A stretch of DNA of 43,332 nucleotides, taken from the NCBI GenBank assembly GCA_046331705.1, contig JAXLQJ010000022.1, positions 62,001 to 105,332 on the forward strand, written 5' to 3'. Below, piece after piece: positions 18,108 to 27,614 of the stretch; position 1 is the first letter of the stretch; every line of letters begins with the position of its first letter. The stretch is from a bacterium. GTDB lineage: Bacteria > JADJOY01. Below the pieces are notes generated by a model that was not told where the DNA came from, ran no database searches, and saw only the letters and a list, made by a program, of their open reading frames with translations. The translations under genes and the position numbers were made by a program.

Positions 18108-18808
18108 CTTGCCTCATCCACGCTGGCCATGGCGCTCCACTCGGCGAGGAGCCGCCGAACGAGCACGCCGACCTGCTCGCGCGCGTCCCAGCGCTCGGCG
18201 CCGCGCGCGAGCAACCGGTCGTAGTCCGTATGACGATGTCGGGCGTGCGCGCCAACAGCGAGCGTCACCGCTTCGGCATCGAGTGCCTTCGCGGCGGCGC
18301 TCCGACCCACGCGCTCGCTGTGCTTGGTGCACGCGTGACGCGCGATCGCCAGCGCCTCGTCACCCGGCAGGCGCGGGAAAAGCTCGCCGATCCGCGCCGC
18401 GAACTGGGCCACGTATCGCTCGTCGAGGTGCTCGCGGCGCGCTTCTTCACGCTCCCGGCGCCGCTCGCGCAGCTCGGCGTCCGCCAAGCATTCCTCTTCC
18501 GCGCGCGCCAGCGCCGCTTCCTCGACGAGCACGCCCTGACGTTCGTTCCGCTTGCGGGTGCGGCTCCACTCAAGCACGACCGCCGACAGCGTCGAGTACT
18601 TGGTTGCGCGCCGGGTGAGCGCCGTGTTGCCCGATGGCAGGAACACCAGATGATCCAGATCGGAGCATTCCAAGCACAGCGCGCCTCGGCCCTCGTCGGA
18701 CGTCACGAAGCGTCCCTTGCCCAGCGCATCGCCGCACTCGACACACGGCTCGTCGTCGTGATGGGAGATGAAGACCAACGTCGCGGGGTTCGCTGCGGGT
18801 GTGCTCAT
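18104..18808 (-). CDS. DUF2293 domain protein
   Basis: CVEC..CLEC, DLDHLVFLPSGNTALTRRA, ERQGVLVE, IARHAC..SERVGRS, HARHRHTDYDRLL; start 18808 preferred over 18877. Confidence 0.85.
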   Translation of the reverse strand: MSTPAANPATLVFISHHDDEPCVECGDALGKGRFVTSDEGRGALCLECSDLDHLVFLPSGNTALTRRATKYSTLSAVVLEWSRTRKRNERQGVLVEEAALARAEEECLADAELRERRREREEARREHLDERYVAQFAARIGELFPRLPGDEALAIARHACTKHSERVGRSAAAKALDAEAVTLAVGAHARHRHTDYDRLLARGAERWDAREQVGVLVRRLLAEWSAMASVDEAS

Positions 18809-18947
18809 GCGGGATCTGCGCGGCCCGGTCTTCGGGGCCGATCGCAACGCGGTACCGGGGCGATTTCCATACCCCATTCGCGCAGCGATTACCCGATTCC
18901 GATTCGGTAGGTCCGTTCCTTCCGTCGGTGATCCGGCGCGGCCCTGC

Positions 18948-19670
18948 TCACTCGCGCGGGCCGAGGCCGAGGAAGAGGTATTGCGCGATCCGCGGCATGA
19001 GTGCCGCGACCGACTCGCGGCTCAGCCACTCGTCGAGATGGCCTTCGATGGCGAGCGCGGCGAGGCCGTGGACGAAGGACCACGCGGCCAGGCCGATGTC
19101 CTGAAGCTGCCCCTCGGCGACGATGCCCACCTGCTGCGCCTCGGCGAGCACCGCCAGCAACCGGCCGAAGGAGGCGTTCGCGACTCGATCGAGGCTCGGG
19201 TAGTCCTTCCGCCTCGCCACCACCGGTCCCATCATCACGCGAAAGTGCGCCGGGTTCTCCACGGCGTAACGCACGTACGCGGCGCCGAGCCGACGCAGCC
19301 GCGTGAGCACGTCGGCGCCCGGCTCGCGGCTCGCTTCCGCATCCATCTTGCGGCCGAGCGCCAGAAAGCCCTGCTCGGCGACGGCCGCGAGCAGCGCGTC
19401 CTTGTCGGCGAAGTGGCGATACGGCGCGGCCTCGCTCACACCCGCGCGGCGCGCCACCGCACGCAGCGTGAGCCCCTCGAGGCCGGCCTCGCGGATCAGG
19501 TCGAGCGCGGCGGCTACCAGCGCGTTCGGCAGATCGCCGTGGTGGTACGCGGTGGGCGCCGCGGCCCGCGACGTGCCGCGGCTGGCCCGTGTCCCGGGGT
19601 GCTTGGACGCACCCCGCGCACCGGCGATTCGGCGAGGGGGAGCGCGGCGGATCGGCGGGCGCGGCGGCAT
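18948..19670 (-). CDS. TetR/AcrR family regulator (WHG-type C-domain); true start may be internal
   Basis: YHHGDL..LTLRAVARRAGVSEAAPYRHFADK HTH; AWSFVHGLA; divergent from the catabolic operon. Confidence 0.92.
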   Translation of the reverse strand: MPPRPPIRRAPPRRIAGARGASKHPGTRASRGTSRAAAPTAYHHGDLPNALVAAALDLIREAGLEGLTLRAVARRAGVSEAAPYRHFADKDALLAAVAEQGFLALGRKMDAEASREPGADVLTRLRRLGAAYVRYAVENPAHFRVMMGPVVARRKDYPSLDRVANASFGRLLAVLAEAQQVGIVAEGQLQDIGLAAWSFVHGLAALAIEGHLDEWLSRESVAALMPRIAQYLFLGLGPRE

Positions 19671-19733
19671 GGGCGAAGCGGGAAGGAGACGCGCCCCAAG
19701 ACTATTCGCGCCGATCGGGAAAACGCGAATGGC

Positions 19734-19778
19734 TTGACTCTCCGGGAGGCTGCCCGCAGAATGTTAACACTGTTAGCA
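19734..19778 (+). promoter_or_regulatory. Putative sigma70 promoter with adjoining TetR-type palindromic operator
   Basis: TTGACT (19734-39), 17-bp spacer, CAGAAT (19757-62); inverted repeat TGTTAACA-C-TGTTAGCA (19762-19778) over the expected transcription start. Confidence 0.7.
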
Positions 19779-19830
19779 CCCATTCCGCCCGCCGATCGTC
19801 GCGCGCGCGTCCACCGCGCGGGAGGCCCGC

Positions 19831-21555
19831 ATGCCGACCGTGACTCACAACCTGTTCTGGGGTTTCGGCGAGGGGGAGCACCGCCTCGACGTCGTCGATG
19901 GCACGTGGCCCACCGACGTCGAAGGCGCGGTGTTCATCGTCGGGCCCGACAAGCGGCGTCCCGGCGGTCACTGGTTCAACGAGCACGGCTTGCTCTGCAA
20001 GATCGACTGCGTGCCCGACGCCGAGGGCCGCATCCGTGTGCGCCATCGCCTCGTCGACACGCCGGTGAAGCGCATCCGCGACCGGTTCCCGAGCCTGTTC
20101 AAGAAGGTGTGGGTGGTGGAAATGTCGCCCTTCGGCACCACCAACCTGGCCAACACCAACGTCCAGGTGATCGATGGACGGCTCTTCGTCGGCTACGACG
20201 TCGGCCGCCAGGTGGAGGTCGATCCCGAGACCCTCGAGTTCCTCACGCCGGTGGGCGCCAACGACGAATGGACCAACGTGGCGCCGGGGCTTCTCGAGCC
20301 GATGGTCTCGGTGGCCGCCCACCCCGGCCCCGACGACCGCGAGCACGCGTTGTGGTTCGTGAACTACGTGATGATGCCGATCCCCGGCATCCCGACCGGC
20401 TGCTGGCTCGCGCGCTGGGATCTCGAAGGCGCGGTGAAGCGCTGGAAGCTCGCCGGCATGACGCCCTTCGACTCGATTCACGACGTCAAGGTCACCCAGG
20501 ATTACGTCGTCATCACCGACCTGCCCTTCGTGGTCGAACCGCAGACCTTCATGGGCGGTAAGCGGCGCCGCGCGGCCCAGGACTTCACGCGCATGTGGAT
20601 CGTGCGCAAGGCCGACCTCGAACGCGCACGACCGGAGGACGACGTCCCGGTCAAGGAGCTCACGATCCCGTACGCGAGCGGCCACATCGCCATCGACTAC
20701 CGCAACCCGAACGGCGAGCTGACGGTGCATCTGCAGCACATCGGCGCCGCGGACCTCACCGTGACCTTCGAGCGCGGCGAGACCGACGCCCGCCACGGCC
20801 GCATGATCGACCCCAACTTCGAGGGCATGATCAGCCTCGGGCTCCAGCCGCCCATCACCGGCCGCTACCGCATCAAGGCCGAGACCGGCGAGGTGCTGGA
20901 AACGAAGCACTGTTGGGACAAGGAGTTCTGGGGCGGAATCCTGTGGAGCCAGAACATCACCCGCGACGACTCGATCGACCACGCGCAGAACCTCTGGTAC
21001 GGCGCCCTCGGCTGGGACCCCGACATGATCCCGTCGACCATGTGGCGCCTCTACAAGGACTATCCGAGCGCCGTGGTCCCGATGGACGAGCTGCCGAGCC
21101 ACTACATCCCCGGGAAGCTCGGGCGCATCGATCTCGAGACCATGAAGTACGCCGAGTGGTGGGAGTACCCGACCGGCACGTTCCCGCACCCGCCCACCTT
21201 CGTGCCGCGCAAGAACGCGAAGCACGACACCGATGGCTACGTGGTCGTGGTGGTGCACCAGAGCGCTCCCAAGGAAGTGCAGATCTTCGACGCCGCGAAC
21301 CTCTCGCGCGGACCGCTCGCGCGCGCCACCGCGCCCACCTTCAACCCGCCGCTGCTGCTCCACTCGTGCTACTACGCGCCGCGCAGAGGCCCGCGCAACT
21401 CGCGCTACGCCGTCGACCCGTACCGCGACGCGTGGGGAGCGCTGCGCGGCTTCTCGCCGAGCCGCATGGGCTCGCTCGTCAAGGCCGCGAAGGGCATGGC
21501 CGCGATGGCACGCCGGCCCGAGAAGGCGCTCTCGATCGCCCGCACCGAGGCCTGA
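19831..21555 (+). CDS. Carotenoid oxygenase / RPE65 / lignostilbene dioxygenase family protein
   Basis: GHWF..G, NLANTNV, EVDPETLE; four candidate Fe-ligand His (AAHP, SIHD, SGHI, LLHS); FVPRKNAKHDTDGYVV; RBS GGAGG. Confidence 0.85.
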   Translation: MPTVTHNLFWGFGEGEHRLDVVDGTWPTDVEGAVFIVGPDKRRPGGHWFNEHGLLCKIDCVPDAEGRIRVRHRLVDTPVKRIRDRFPSLFKKVWVVEMSPFGTTNLANTNVQVIDGRLFVGYDVGRQVEVDPETLEFLTPVGANDEWTNVAPGLLEPMVSVAAHPGPDDREHALWFVNYVMMPIPGIPTGCWLARWDLEGAVKRWKLAGMTPFDSIHDVKVTQDYVVITDLPFVVEPQTFMGGKRRRAAQDFTRMWIVRKADLERARPEDDVPVKELTIPYASGHIAIDYRNPNGELTVHLQHIGAADLTVTFERGETDARHGRMIDPNFEGMISLGLQPPITGRYRIKAETGEVLETKHCWDKEFWGGILWSQNITRDDSIDHAQNLWYGALGWDPDMIPSTMWRLYKDYPSAVVPMDELPSHYIPGKLGRIDLETMKYAEWWEYPTGTFPHPPTFVPRKNAKHDTDGYVVVVVHQSAPKEVQIFDAANLSRGPLARATAPTFNPPLLLHSCYYAPRRGPRNSRYAVDPYRDAWGALRGFSPSRMGSLVKAAKGMAAMARRPEKALSIARTEA

Positions 21556-21570
21556 GGCGCGCGCTCGAAC

Positions 21571-22617
21571 GTGACCCGCCGTGGCGAATCGGTCGGAGGC
21601 GCGGCACACGCGCGAACGTTCGACGTGCACGCCCACGTCGTCCTCGACGAGTCCCTCGGCGCGGCTGGCGCGCACGGGCCCGAGATCGGTGAGGACGAAG
21701 GCGGCCGGCCTTGGTTCCGCGCCGGCGGCTACTGCCTGCGCGGCGTGCGCTATCGCGGCAGCCCGTTCATGGACGTGGACGTGCGGCTCGCCGCGATGGA
21801 GCGCGCTGGCCTCGACTTCCAGGTGCTCTCGCCCAATCCGCTCACGTACTTCCACTACGTCGGCGCCGACGATGCGGTGGCCTTCTGCCGCCGCCACAAC
21901 GATGCCCTCGCCGCGCTGGTGCGGCGTCATCCGCGGCGCCTCGCCGGCTTCGCGGCGCTGCCGATGCAGCACGTCGCGGCCGCGTGCGACGAGCTCGAGC
22001 GCGCGGTTCGCGAGCTCGGCTTGCTCGGCGCCTACGTCGGCACGGACTTCGGGACGCCGCTCGACTCCGAGTCGCTCGACCCGATCTACGAGAAGCTGGT
22101 CGCCCTCGACGTGCCGCTCTTCCTCCACCCCGCGCCGCACGGCATCGACGGCCCGCCGGCCGATCCGCGCCTGGCGCGCTTCGACCTGGACTTGATCGTG
22201 GGCTTCGCCACCGACGAGACGATCGCCATCGCCACGCTCCTCTACGGCGAGGTGCTGCTGCGCCATCCTCGCTTGGACGTTTGCATCAGCCATGGCGGCG
22301 GCGCGGCACCCTTCCTGGTCGGGCGGCTCGCCGCCGCCGCCCGCAAGCGCGCCTGGGCTCCTGCGGCGCTCCGTGCCGATGGCGCGTTCGAGGAGGGGAT
22401 GCGCCGGATCTGGTTCGACGTCCACGTGCACGACGCGCGCGCCTTGGAGCTTCTCGTCGAGGTGGTGGGAAACGAGCGTCTGGTGCTGGGGACCAACTTC
22501 GCCGGCTGGGATCAGGGCGATTCGCTCGAGCTGGGCGATCTGGCTCCGGTCCTCGCCGGCAACGCCCGCCGCCTGCTGCGCCTGGGCGGCGCTCCGTCGC
22601 AAGGGCCTCGATCATGA
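21571..22617 (+). CDS. Amidohydrolase_2 family protein (ACMSD/LigW-like decarboxylase or hydratase)
   Basis: DVHAH, NDALA..HPRRLAGFAALPMQ, ELERAV, LFLHP, SHGGGAAPFL.GRL, LGTNF. Confidence 0.88.
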   Translation: MTRRGESVGGAAHARTFDVHAHVVLDESLGAAGAHGPEIGEDEGGRPWFRAGGYCLRGVRYRGSPFMDVDVRLAAMERAGLDFQVLSPNPLTYFHYVGADDAVAFCRRHNDALAALVRRHPRRLAGFAALPMQHVAAACDELERAVRELGLLGAYVGTDFGTPLDSESLDPIYEKLVALDVPLFLHPAPHGIDGPPADPRLARFDLDLIVGFATDETIAIATLLYGEVLLRHPRLDVCISHGGGAAPFLVGRLAAAARKRAWAPAALRADGAFEEGMRRIWFDVHVHDARALELLVEVVGNERLVLGTNFAGWDQGDSLELGDLAPVLAGNARRLLRLGGAPSQGPRS

Positions 22618-24971
22618 CCGCGCTCATCGGCCGCTCCGTCACCCGCAAGGAGGATCCCGAGCTGGTCACCGGCCGGGGGCGATTCACCGCCGATCTGCGG
22701 CTGCCCGGCATGGTGCACATGACCTACGTGCGCAGCACCGAAGCGCACGCACGGCTCGTCGGCGTGGACACGAGCGAGGCGCGCGCGATGCCGGGCGTGC
22801 TGGGTGTCTTCGTCGCCGCCGACTTCGCCGACCTGCCGTCGCTGCCGCACGTGCCCGTGCCGAGCCCCGAGAGCCCGCTCTTGGCGCGGCCGCTGCTCGC
22901 CTCGGATCGCGTCCGCTTCGTCGGCGAGCCGATCGCGGTGGTCGTGGCGCGCGACCCGTACGTCGCGGCGGACGCTGCACAGACGGTGATTCCGTCGTAC
23001 GAGCCGCTGCCGGTCGTCGCATCGTTGGAACAGGCGATCGCCGGGGAGAGCGAGCTGCTCTATCCGGACCTCGGGACCAACCGGCTGCCGATCGTCCAGC
23101 TCGACGACGCTCAGCGCGCCCGCATCGAAGCGGCCCTGGCAGCAGCACCCCACCAGGTGAGCTTCACGGTCCGCAACCACCGCGTGGCGCCTGCGCCGAT
23201 CGAGCCCGCCGTGTGGCTGGCGGACTGGAGCGCCTCCGGGCTCACGCTCTACATGACCACCCAAGCGCCGCACCACGTGCGCAACATGCTGTCGGCGACC
23301 CTCGGCATCCCCCAGCAGCAGTGCCGAGTGGTCGCACCCCACGTGGGCGGGGCCTTCGGCTCGAAGATCGCGTGGTTCCCCGAGCACTGGATCGTGCCCA
23401 CGCTGTCGAAGCGGCTCGGGCGACCGGTGCGCTACGTCGAGACCCGCACCGACAATCTCGTCAACACGTTCCACGGTCGCGATCAGCTCGATCAGGTCGA
23501 GGTCGGCTTCGACGGCGAGGGGCGCGTTCTCGCGCTGCGGGCGCGGATCCACCAGAACCTCGGCGCCTACGCCGACACCATCGGATTCTCGCTGCCGGTG
23601 CTCACCACCTGGATGCTCTCCGGCTGCTACACGATTCCGGTGATCGCCGCCGAGGTGGTGAACGTCTTCACCAACCAGGTGCCGATCTCGTCCTACCGCG
23701 GCGCGGGACGTCCCGAGTCGATGTACCTGGTCGAGCGTGCGATCGATCGGATCGCCGACGAGCTCGGCCTCGACCCGGTCGAGGTCCGCCGCAAGAACTT
23801 CGTCCAGCCGGGCGCGTTCCCGTACCAGAGCCAGGCGAACCCAGCGGCCGTCTTCTACGACGCCGGCGATTACCCCGCGGCGATGGACCTCGCGTGCGAG
23901 ATGCTCGACTACGACGCCTTGCGTGCCGAGCGCGCGAGGCGCAACGCCGATCCCGCGGCCAAGCTCATGGGCATCGGCTTCGCTGCCTGGGTCGAGATCG
24001 CGGGATTCGGACCGCGCGGCTCGCTGGAAGCGTTCGGGCACATGGGAAGCTGGGAATCGGTACGGCTCCGCGTGCAGCCCGACGGCTCGGTGCTGCTCTC
24101 GACAGGCGCCTCGCCTCACGGGCAGGGGACGGTCACCGTGTTCGCGCAGATCGCGGCCCACGAGCTGCGCGTGCCGTTCGAAGCGGTGCGCGTGGTCCAC
24201 GGCGACACCGAGACGACGCCCCAAGGGATCGGCACGATGGGCTCGCGGCAGGTCGCGGTGGGCGGTGGCGCGGTGATCGAGGCGTGCCGACGGGTGCTCG
24301 AGCGCGCGAAGGCGATCGCAGCGCATCTGCTCGGAGTCGAGGTGGAGGCGATCGAGCGCGCGGGTGAACGCTTCCAGGTGCGAGGCGAGGCCGCGCGGGC
24401 GGTGAGCTGGAAGGAGGTCGCGAACGCGAGCTTCAGCGCCGTGGCGCTTCCGGCGGGGATCGCGGTGGGAGCCCTCGAAGAGCTGGTCCACAACGAGCCG
24501 CCGAACTTCTCGTACCCCTCGGGGGTCTACGCGTGCGTGGTGGGGATCGACCGCGACACCGGCTTCGTCGACATCGAGCGGTTCGTCGCCGTCGACGACT
24601 GCGGTGTGGTGATCAACCCGATGCTCGCCGACGGCCAGGTCGCCGGCGGCGTCGCGCAAGGGATCGCGCAGGCGCTGTTCGAGGAGTTCCGCTACGACGA
24701 GAACGGTCAGCCCAAGACCTCGACGCTGGTCGATTACCTGGTGCCGGCCGCCACCGAGCTTCCGCGCTTCGAGCTCGGCCACGTCGAGACGCCGACCCCC
24801 GTGAATCCGCTGGGGGCCAAGGGCATCGGCGAGTCGGGTGCCGTGGGCGCGCCGCCCGCGGTGGTGAACGCCGTCATCGACGCGCTCACCGAGTACGGCG
24901 TGCGCGAGATCGACATGCCCATCACGCCCCAGAAGATCTGGGAGATCGTGCGCACCGGGAGTCCGTCATGA
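22614..24971 (+). CDS. Xanthine dehydrogenase family Mo-binding large subunit (CoxL form II-like)
   Basis: ATGA overlap; RKEDPELVTGRG, VGGAFGSK, SYRGAGRPE, HGQG, GTMGSR, GGVAQGIAQALFE, GAKGIGESG. Confidence 0.92.
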   Translation: MTALIGRSVTRKEDPELVTGRGRFTADLRLPGMVHMTYVRSTEAHARLVGVDTSEARAMPGVLGVFVAADFADLPSLPHVPVPSPESPLLARPLLASDRVRFVGEPIAVVVARDPYVAADAAQTVIPSYEPLPVVASLEQAIAGESELLYPDLGTNRLPIVQLDDAQRARIEAALAAAPHQVSFTVRNHRVAPAPIEPAVWLADWSASGLTLYMTTQAPHHVRNMLSATLGIPQQQCRVVAPHVGGAFGSKIAWFPEHWIVPTLSKRLGRPVRYVETRTDNLVNTFHGRDQLDQVEVGFDGEGRVLALRARIHQNLGAYADTIGFSLPVLTTWMLSGCYTIPVIAAEVVNVFTNQVPISSYRGAGRPESMYLVERAIDRIADELGLDPVEVRRKNFVQPGAFPYQSQANPAAVFYDAGDYPAAMDLACEMLDYDALRAERARRNADPAAKLMGIGFAAWVEIAGFGPRGSLEAFGHMGSWESVRLRVQPDGSVLLSTGASPHGQGTVTVFAQIAAHELRVPFEAVRVVHGDTETTPQGIGTMGSRQVAVGGGAVIEACRRVLERAKAIAAHLLGVEVEAIERAGERFQVRGEAARAVSWKEVANASFSAVALPAGIAVGALEELVHNEPPNFSYPSGVYACVVGIDRDTGFVDIERFVAVDDCGVVINPMLADGQVAGGVAQGIAQALFEEFRYDENGQPKTSTLVDYLVPAATELPRFELGHVETPTPVNPLGAKGIGESGAVGAPPAVVNAVIDALTEYGVREIDMPITPQKIWEIVRTGSPS

Positions 24972-25459
24972 GTCGCTCGACGCAGCACCGCATCCGCATC
25001 ACCGTGAACGGCACGGACTTCGAGGATCTCGTGGAGTCGCGGCTGCTCCTCGTCCACTACCTGCGCGACGTGCTGGGGCTCACCGGCACCCACGTCGGCT
25101 GCGACACGACCAACTGCGGTGCCTGCACGGTGCTCCTCGACGGCGAGACGGTGAAGAGCTGCACGGTGCTCGCGGTGCAAGCCGACGGCTCCGCCGTCAC
25201 CACCATCGAAGGGCTCGCCACGGGCGAGCGCCTCCACCCGGTGCAACGCGGTTTCATCGAGAAGCACGGGCTGCAGTGCGGCTACTGCACTCCCGGCATG
25301 ATCATGGCGGCCGTGGGGATCCTGAAGGACGACGCGAATCCGAGCGAGGCGAAGATCCGCGAGGGGCTCGAGGGAAACCTGTGCCGCTGCACCGGCTACG
25401 CGACGATCGTCGACTCGATCCGCTGGGCGGCCGAGCGGGGCGGCGCCCGGCAGTCCTGA
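24968..25459 (+). CDS. 2Fe-2S small subunit (CoxS-like)
   Basis: GCDTTNCGACTV..KSC, QCGYCTPG, GNLCRCTGY; ATGA overlap. Confidence 0.95.
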   Translation: MSRSTQHRIRITVNGTDFEDLVESRLLLVHYLRDVLGLTGTHVGCDTTNCGACTVLLDGETVKSCTVLAVQADGSAVTTIEGLATGERLHPVQRGFIEKHGLQCGYCTPGMIMAAVGILKDDANPSEAKIREGLEGNLCRCTGYATIVDSIRWAAERGGARQS

Positions 25460-25507
25460 ACGAAGCGAATGACAGAATGGGCCCAAGTTGCAGCGGCGAT
25501 GACCGAC

Positions 25508-25609
25508 ACGCGCCAGAGGCGCGTCGCGAGCGAAGCGAGGCGACTCGGGGGTGGGGCCCCGCAAGAACCACGCTTCTTGCGGGGCGGGGGGCTTGAAAAG
25601 CCCCCCGAG
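25508..25609. repeat. GC-rich multi-hairpin palindromic element (REP/MITE-like) between S and M subunit genes
   Basis: Stems ACGCGCC/GGCGCGT (25508-24), GCCCCGCAAGAA/TTCTTGCGGGGC (25556-85, perfect 12 bp), GGGGGGCTT/AAGCCCCCC (25586-606); alternative pairing CTCGGGGG (25544-51) with CCCCCGAG (25602-09). Confidence 0.55.
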
Positions 25610-25628
25610 GAAACATAGGCGATCGAAC

Positions 25629-26459
25629 ATGTATCCCGCTCCCTTCGAATACGTCCGCGCCGAATCGGTGGCGCACGCGATCGCCTTGCTCGCCGAGCAC
25701 GGCGACGAGGCCAAGCTGCTCGCCGGCGGTCACTCGCTCCTGCCGCTCATGAAGCTGCGCCTCGCGCAGCCGAGCGTGCTCGTCGACATCGCTCGCATCG
25801 CGGGGCTCACCGGTGTCACCGATGGCGGCGACCACCTCGCGATCGGCGCGCTCACCACCCATGCCCAGCTCGAACGCGACCCGTTGCTCGAACGGCACAA
25901 CGGCCTGATCGCAGCCGCGGCGCACCAAGTCGGCGATCCGCAGGTGCGCCACCGCGGGACCGTCGGCGGAAGCTGCGCCCACGGCGATCCCGCCTCCGAC
26001 CTGCCCTCGGTGATGGTCGCCCTCGACGCCACGTTCGAGATCCAGGGACCCGACGGCGCACGCTCGGTCGCGGCGCGCGATTTCTTCCGCGGCTTCTGGG
26101 AGACCGCGCTCGCTCCTGGTGAGATCCTCACCACGATCCGCGTCCCCAAGCTCGCCGCCGGCGCCTCCTTCACCTACGTGAAGCTCAATCGGCGCGCGCA
26201 GGACTGGGCGATCGTGGGTGTGGCGGCGCTCGCGGATCGTGTTCTCGGCAAGCGCATCGCCTTCACCAACCTCGGCCCGACGCCGGTCCGCGGCGCTGCC
26301 GTCGAGACGGCACTGGCCGGCGGAGCGACGGTGGCGCAGGCTAGCGAGCACGCCACCGACGACGCCGAGCCCCCCGAGGACGCCCACGCCACCCGCGAGT
26401 ACCGCGCGCACCTCGCACGGGTGCTCTCGCGACGAGCGCTCGAGTCCATCGCGGCTTGA
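25629..26459 (+). CDS. FAD-binding medium subunit (CoxM-like)
   Basis: MYPAPFEY, KLLAGGHSLLPLMKLRLAQP, VGDPQVRHRGTVGGS.AHGDPASD. Confidence 0.93.
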   Translation: MYPAPFEYVRAESVAHAIALLAEHGDEAKLLAGGHSLLPLMKLRLAQPSVLVDIARIAGLTGVTDGGDHLAIGALTTHAQLERDPLLERHNGLIAAAAHQVGDPQVRHRGTVGGSCAHGDPASDLPSVMVALDATFEIQGPDGARSVAARDFFRGFWETALAPGEILTTIRVPKLAAGASFTYVKLNRRAQDWAIVGVAALADRVLGKRIAFTNLGPTPVRGAAVETALAGGATVAQASEHATDDAEPPEDAHATREYRAHLARVLSRRALESIAA

Positions 26460-26510
26460 GCCGGGCCGGCGGCGCGAGATCGCACCCATCCGCGCAGCCG
26501 GGGACGTGCC

Positions 26511-27611
26511 ATGAAGCAAGTGCTCCGCGACGTGATCCGCTGGCTCGGCGAAGGCCAGCGCGTGGCGCTCGCGACGCTGGTCGCCGTCGAGGGCTCCGGC
26601 CCGCGCCAGCCGGGGGCTCGTCTCGCGGTCAACGAGCGCTGCGAGCTGAGCGGCTCGCTCTCCGGCGGCTGCGTGGAGTCGGCGGTTGCCGGCGAGGCGC
26701 GCGCGGTCGCGCGCGGAGGCGAGCGCAAGATCCTTCAGTTCTCGTCGGACGAGGACGAGACCTTCGCGGTCGCCCTCACCTGCGGCGCCAAGATCAGCGT
26801 GCTGGTCGAGCCGGTCGGGCCGGACGAGCCTTGGGTTCCGCAGCTCTCCCAGGCATTGGAGGCCGACCGCCCCATCGCGCTCGCGAGCGTGGTGAGCGGT
26901 CGGCACGCGGGAGCGAAGCTGCTGGTCACCGACGATGCGCACGCACCGCCGCTCGTCGGCAGCCTCGGCAACGCCGATCTCGACCGCGTGGTGACACGCG
27001 ACGCCCACGGCCTGCTCGATCAAGGCGGCACCGCCCTGCGCCATTACGGCGCCTGCGGCCAGCCGGGCCTCGACGCGGTCACCGTGTTCGTCCACGCGCT
27101 CGCCGCACCGCCCGAGCTGGTGATCTTCGGCGCCCAGGACTTCACGCGTGCCCTCACGCGCGTGGCCAAGCTCCTCGGCTACCGCGTGAGCGTGGTCGAT
27201 CCGCGCGCCGCGTTCGCCACCGCCGAGCGCTTTCCGGAGGCCGACGTGGTCTCGGTCGCGTGGCCCGCGGAGTTCCTCGCCGGACGAGCGCTCGACGAGC
27301 GCAGCGCGGTGGCGGTGCTCTCCCACGACCCCCGCATCGACGTGCCGGCACTGGTGGAGAGCCTTCGTTCGCGCGCCAGCTACGTGGGCGCGATGGGGAG
27401 CCGGAAGACCCACGCCAAGCGCATCGAGCGGCTGCGCGAGGCCGGGCTGCGCGACGAAGACATCGCGCGCATCGCGTCGCCCATCGGCCTCGACATCGGC
27501 GCGCGCACACCCGAGGAGACCGCGATCTCGATCCTCGCCGAGATCGTCGCATTGCGCACCGGCCGTGCCGGCGCGCGCCTCGTCGAGGGTCAAGGCCCGA
27601 TCCACGACTGA
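26511..27611 (+). CDS. xdhC: XdhC/CoxI family Moco insertion chaperone
   Basis: GSGPRQPGA, GSLSGGCVE, LTCGA, YVGAMGSRK, SPIGLDIGARTPEETAISILAEI. Confidence 0.9.
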   Translation: MKQVLRDVIRWLGEGQRVALATLVAVEGSGPRQPGARLAVNERCELSGSLSGGCVESAVAGEARAVARGGERKILQFSSDEDETFAVALTCGAKISVLVEPVGPDEPWVPQLSQALEADRPIALASVVSGRHAGAKLLVTDDAHAPPLVGSLGNADLDRVVTRDAHGLLDQGGTALRHYGACGQPGLDAVTVFVHALAAPPELVIFGAQDFTRALTRVAKLLGYRVSVVDPRAAFATAERFPEADVVSVAWPAEFLAGRALDERSAVAVLSHDPRIDVPALVESLRSRASYVGAMGSRKTHAKRIERLREAGLRDEDIARIASPIGLDIGARTPEETAISILAEIVALRTGRAGARLVEGQGPIHD

Positions 27612-27614
27612 CCC

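Noticed and set aside
25460-25628. Moco riboswitch or tRNA
   Set aside because: No recognisable Moco-motif or tRNA consensus by eye; an Rfam search is needed to exclude it formally.
22614-26459. Bona fide aerobic CO dehydrogenase (coxMSL)
   Set aside because: Lacks the AYxCSFR motif and the form I gene order, so coxL/S/M symbols were not assigned.
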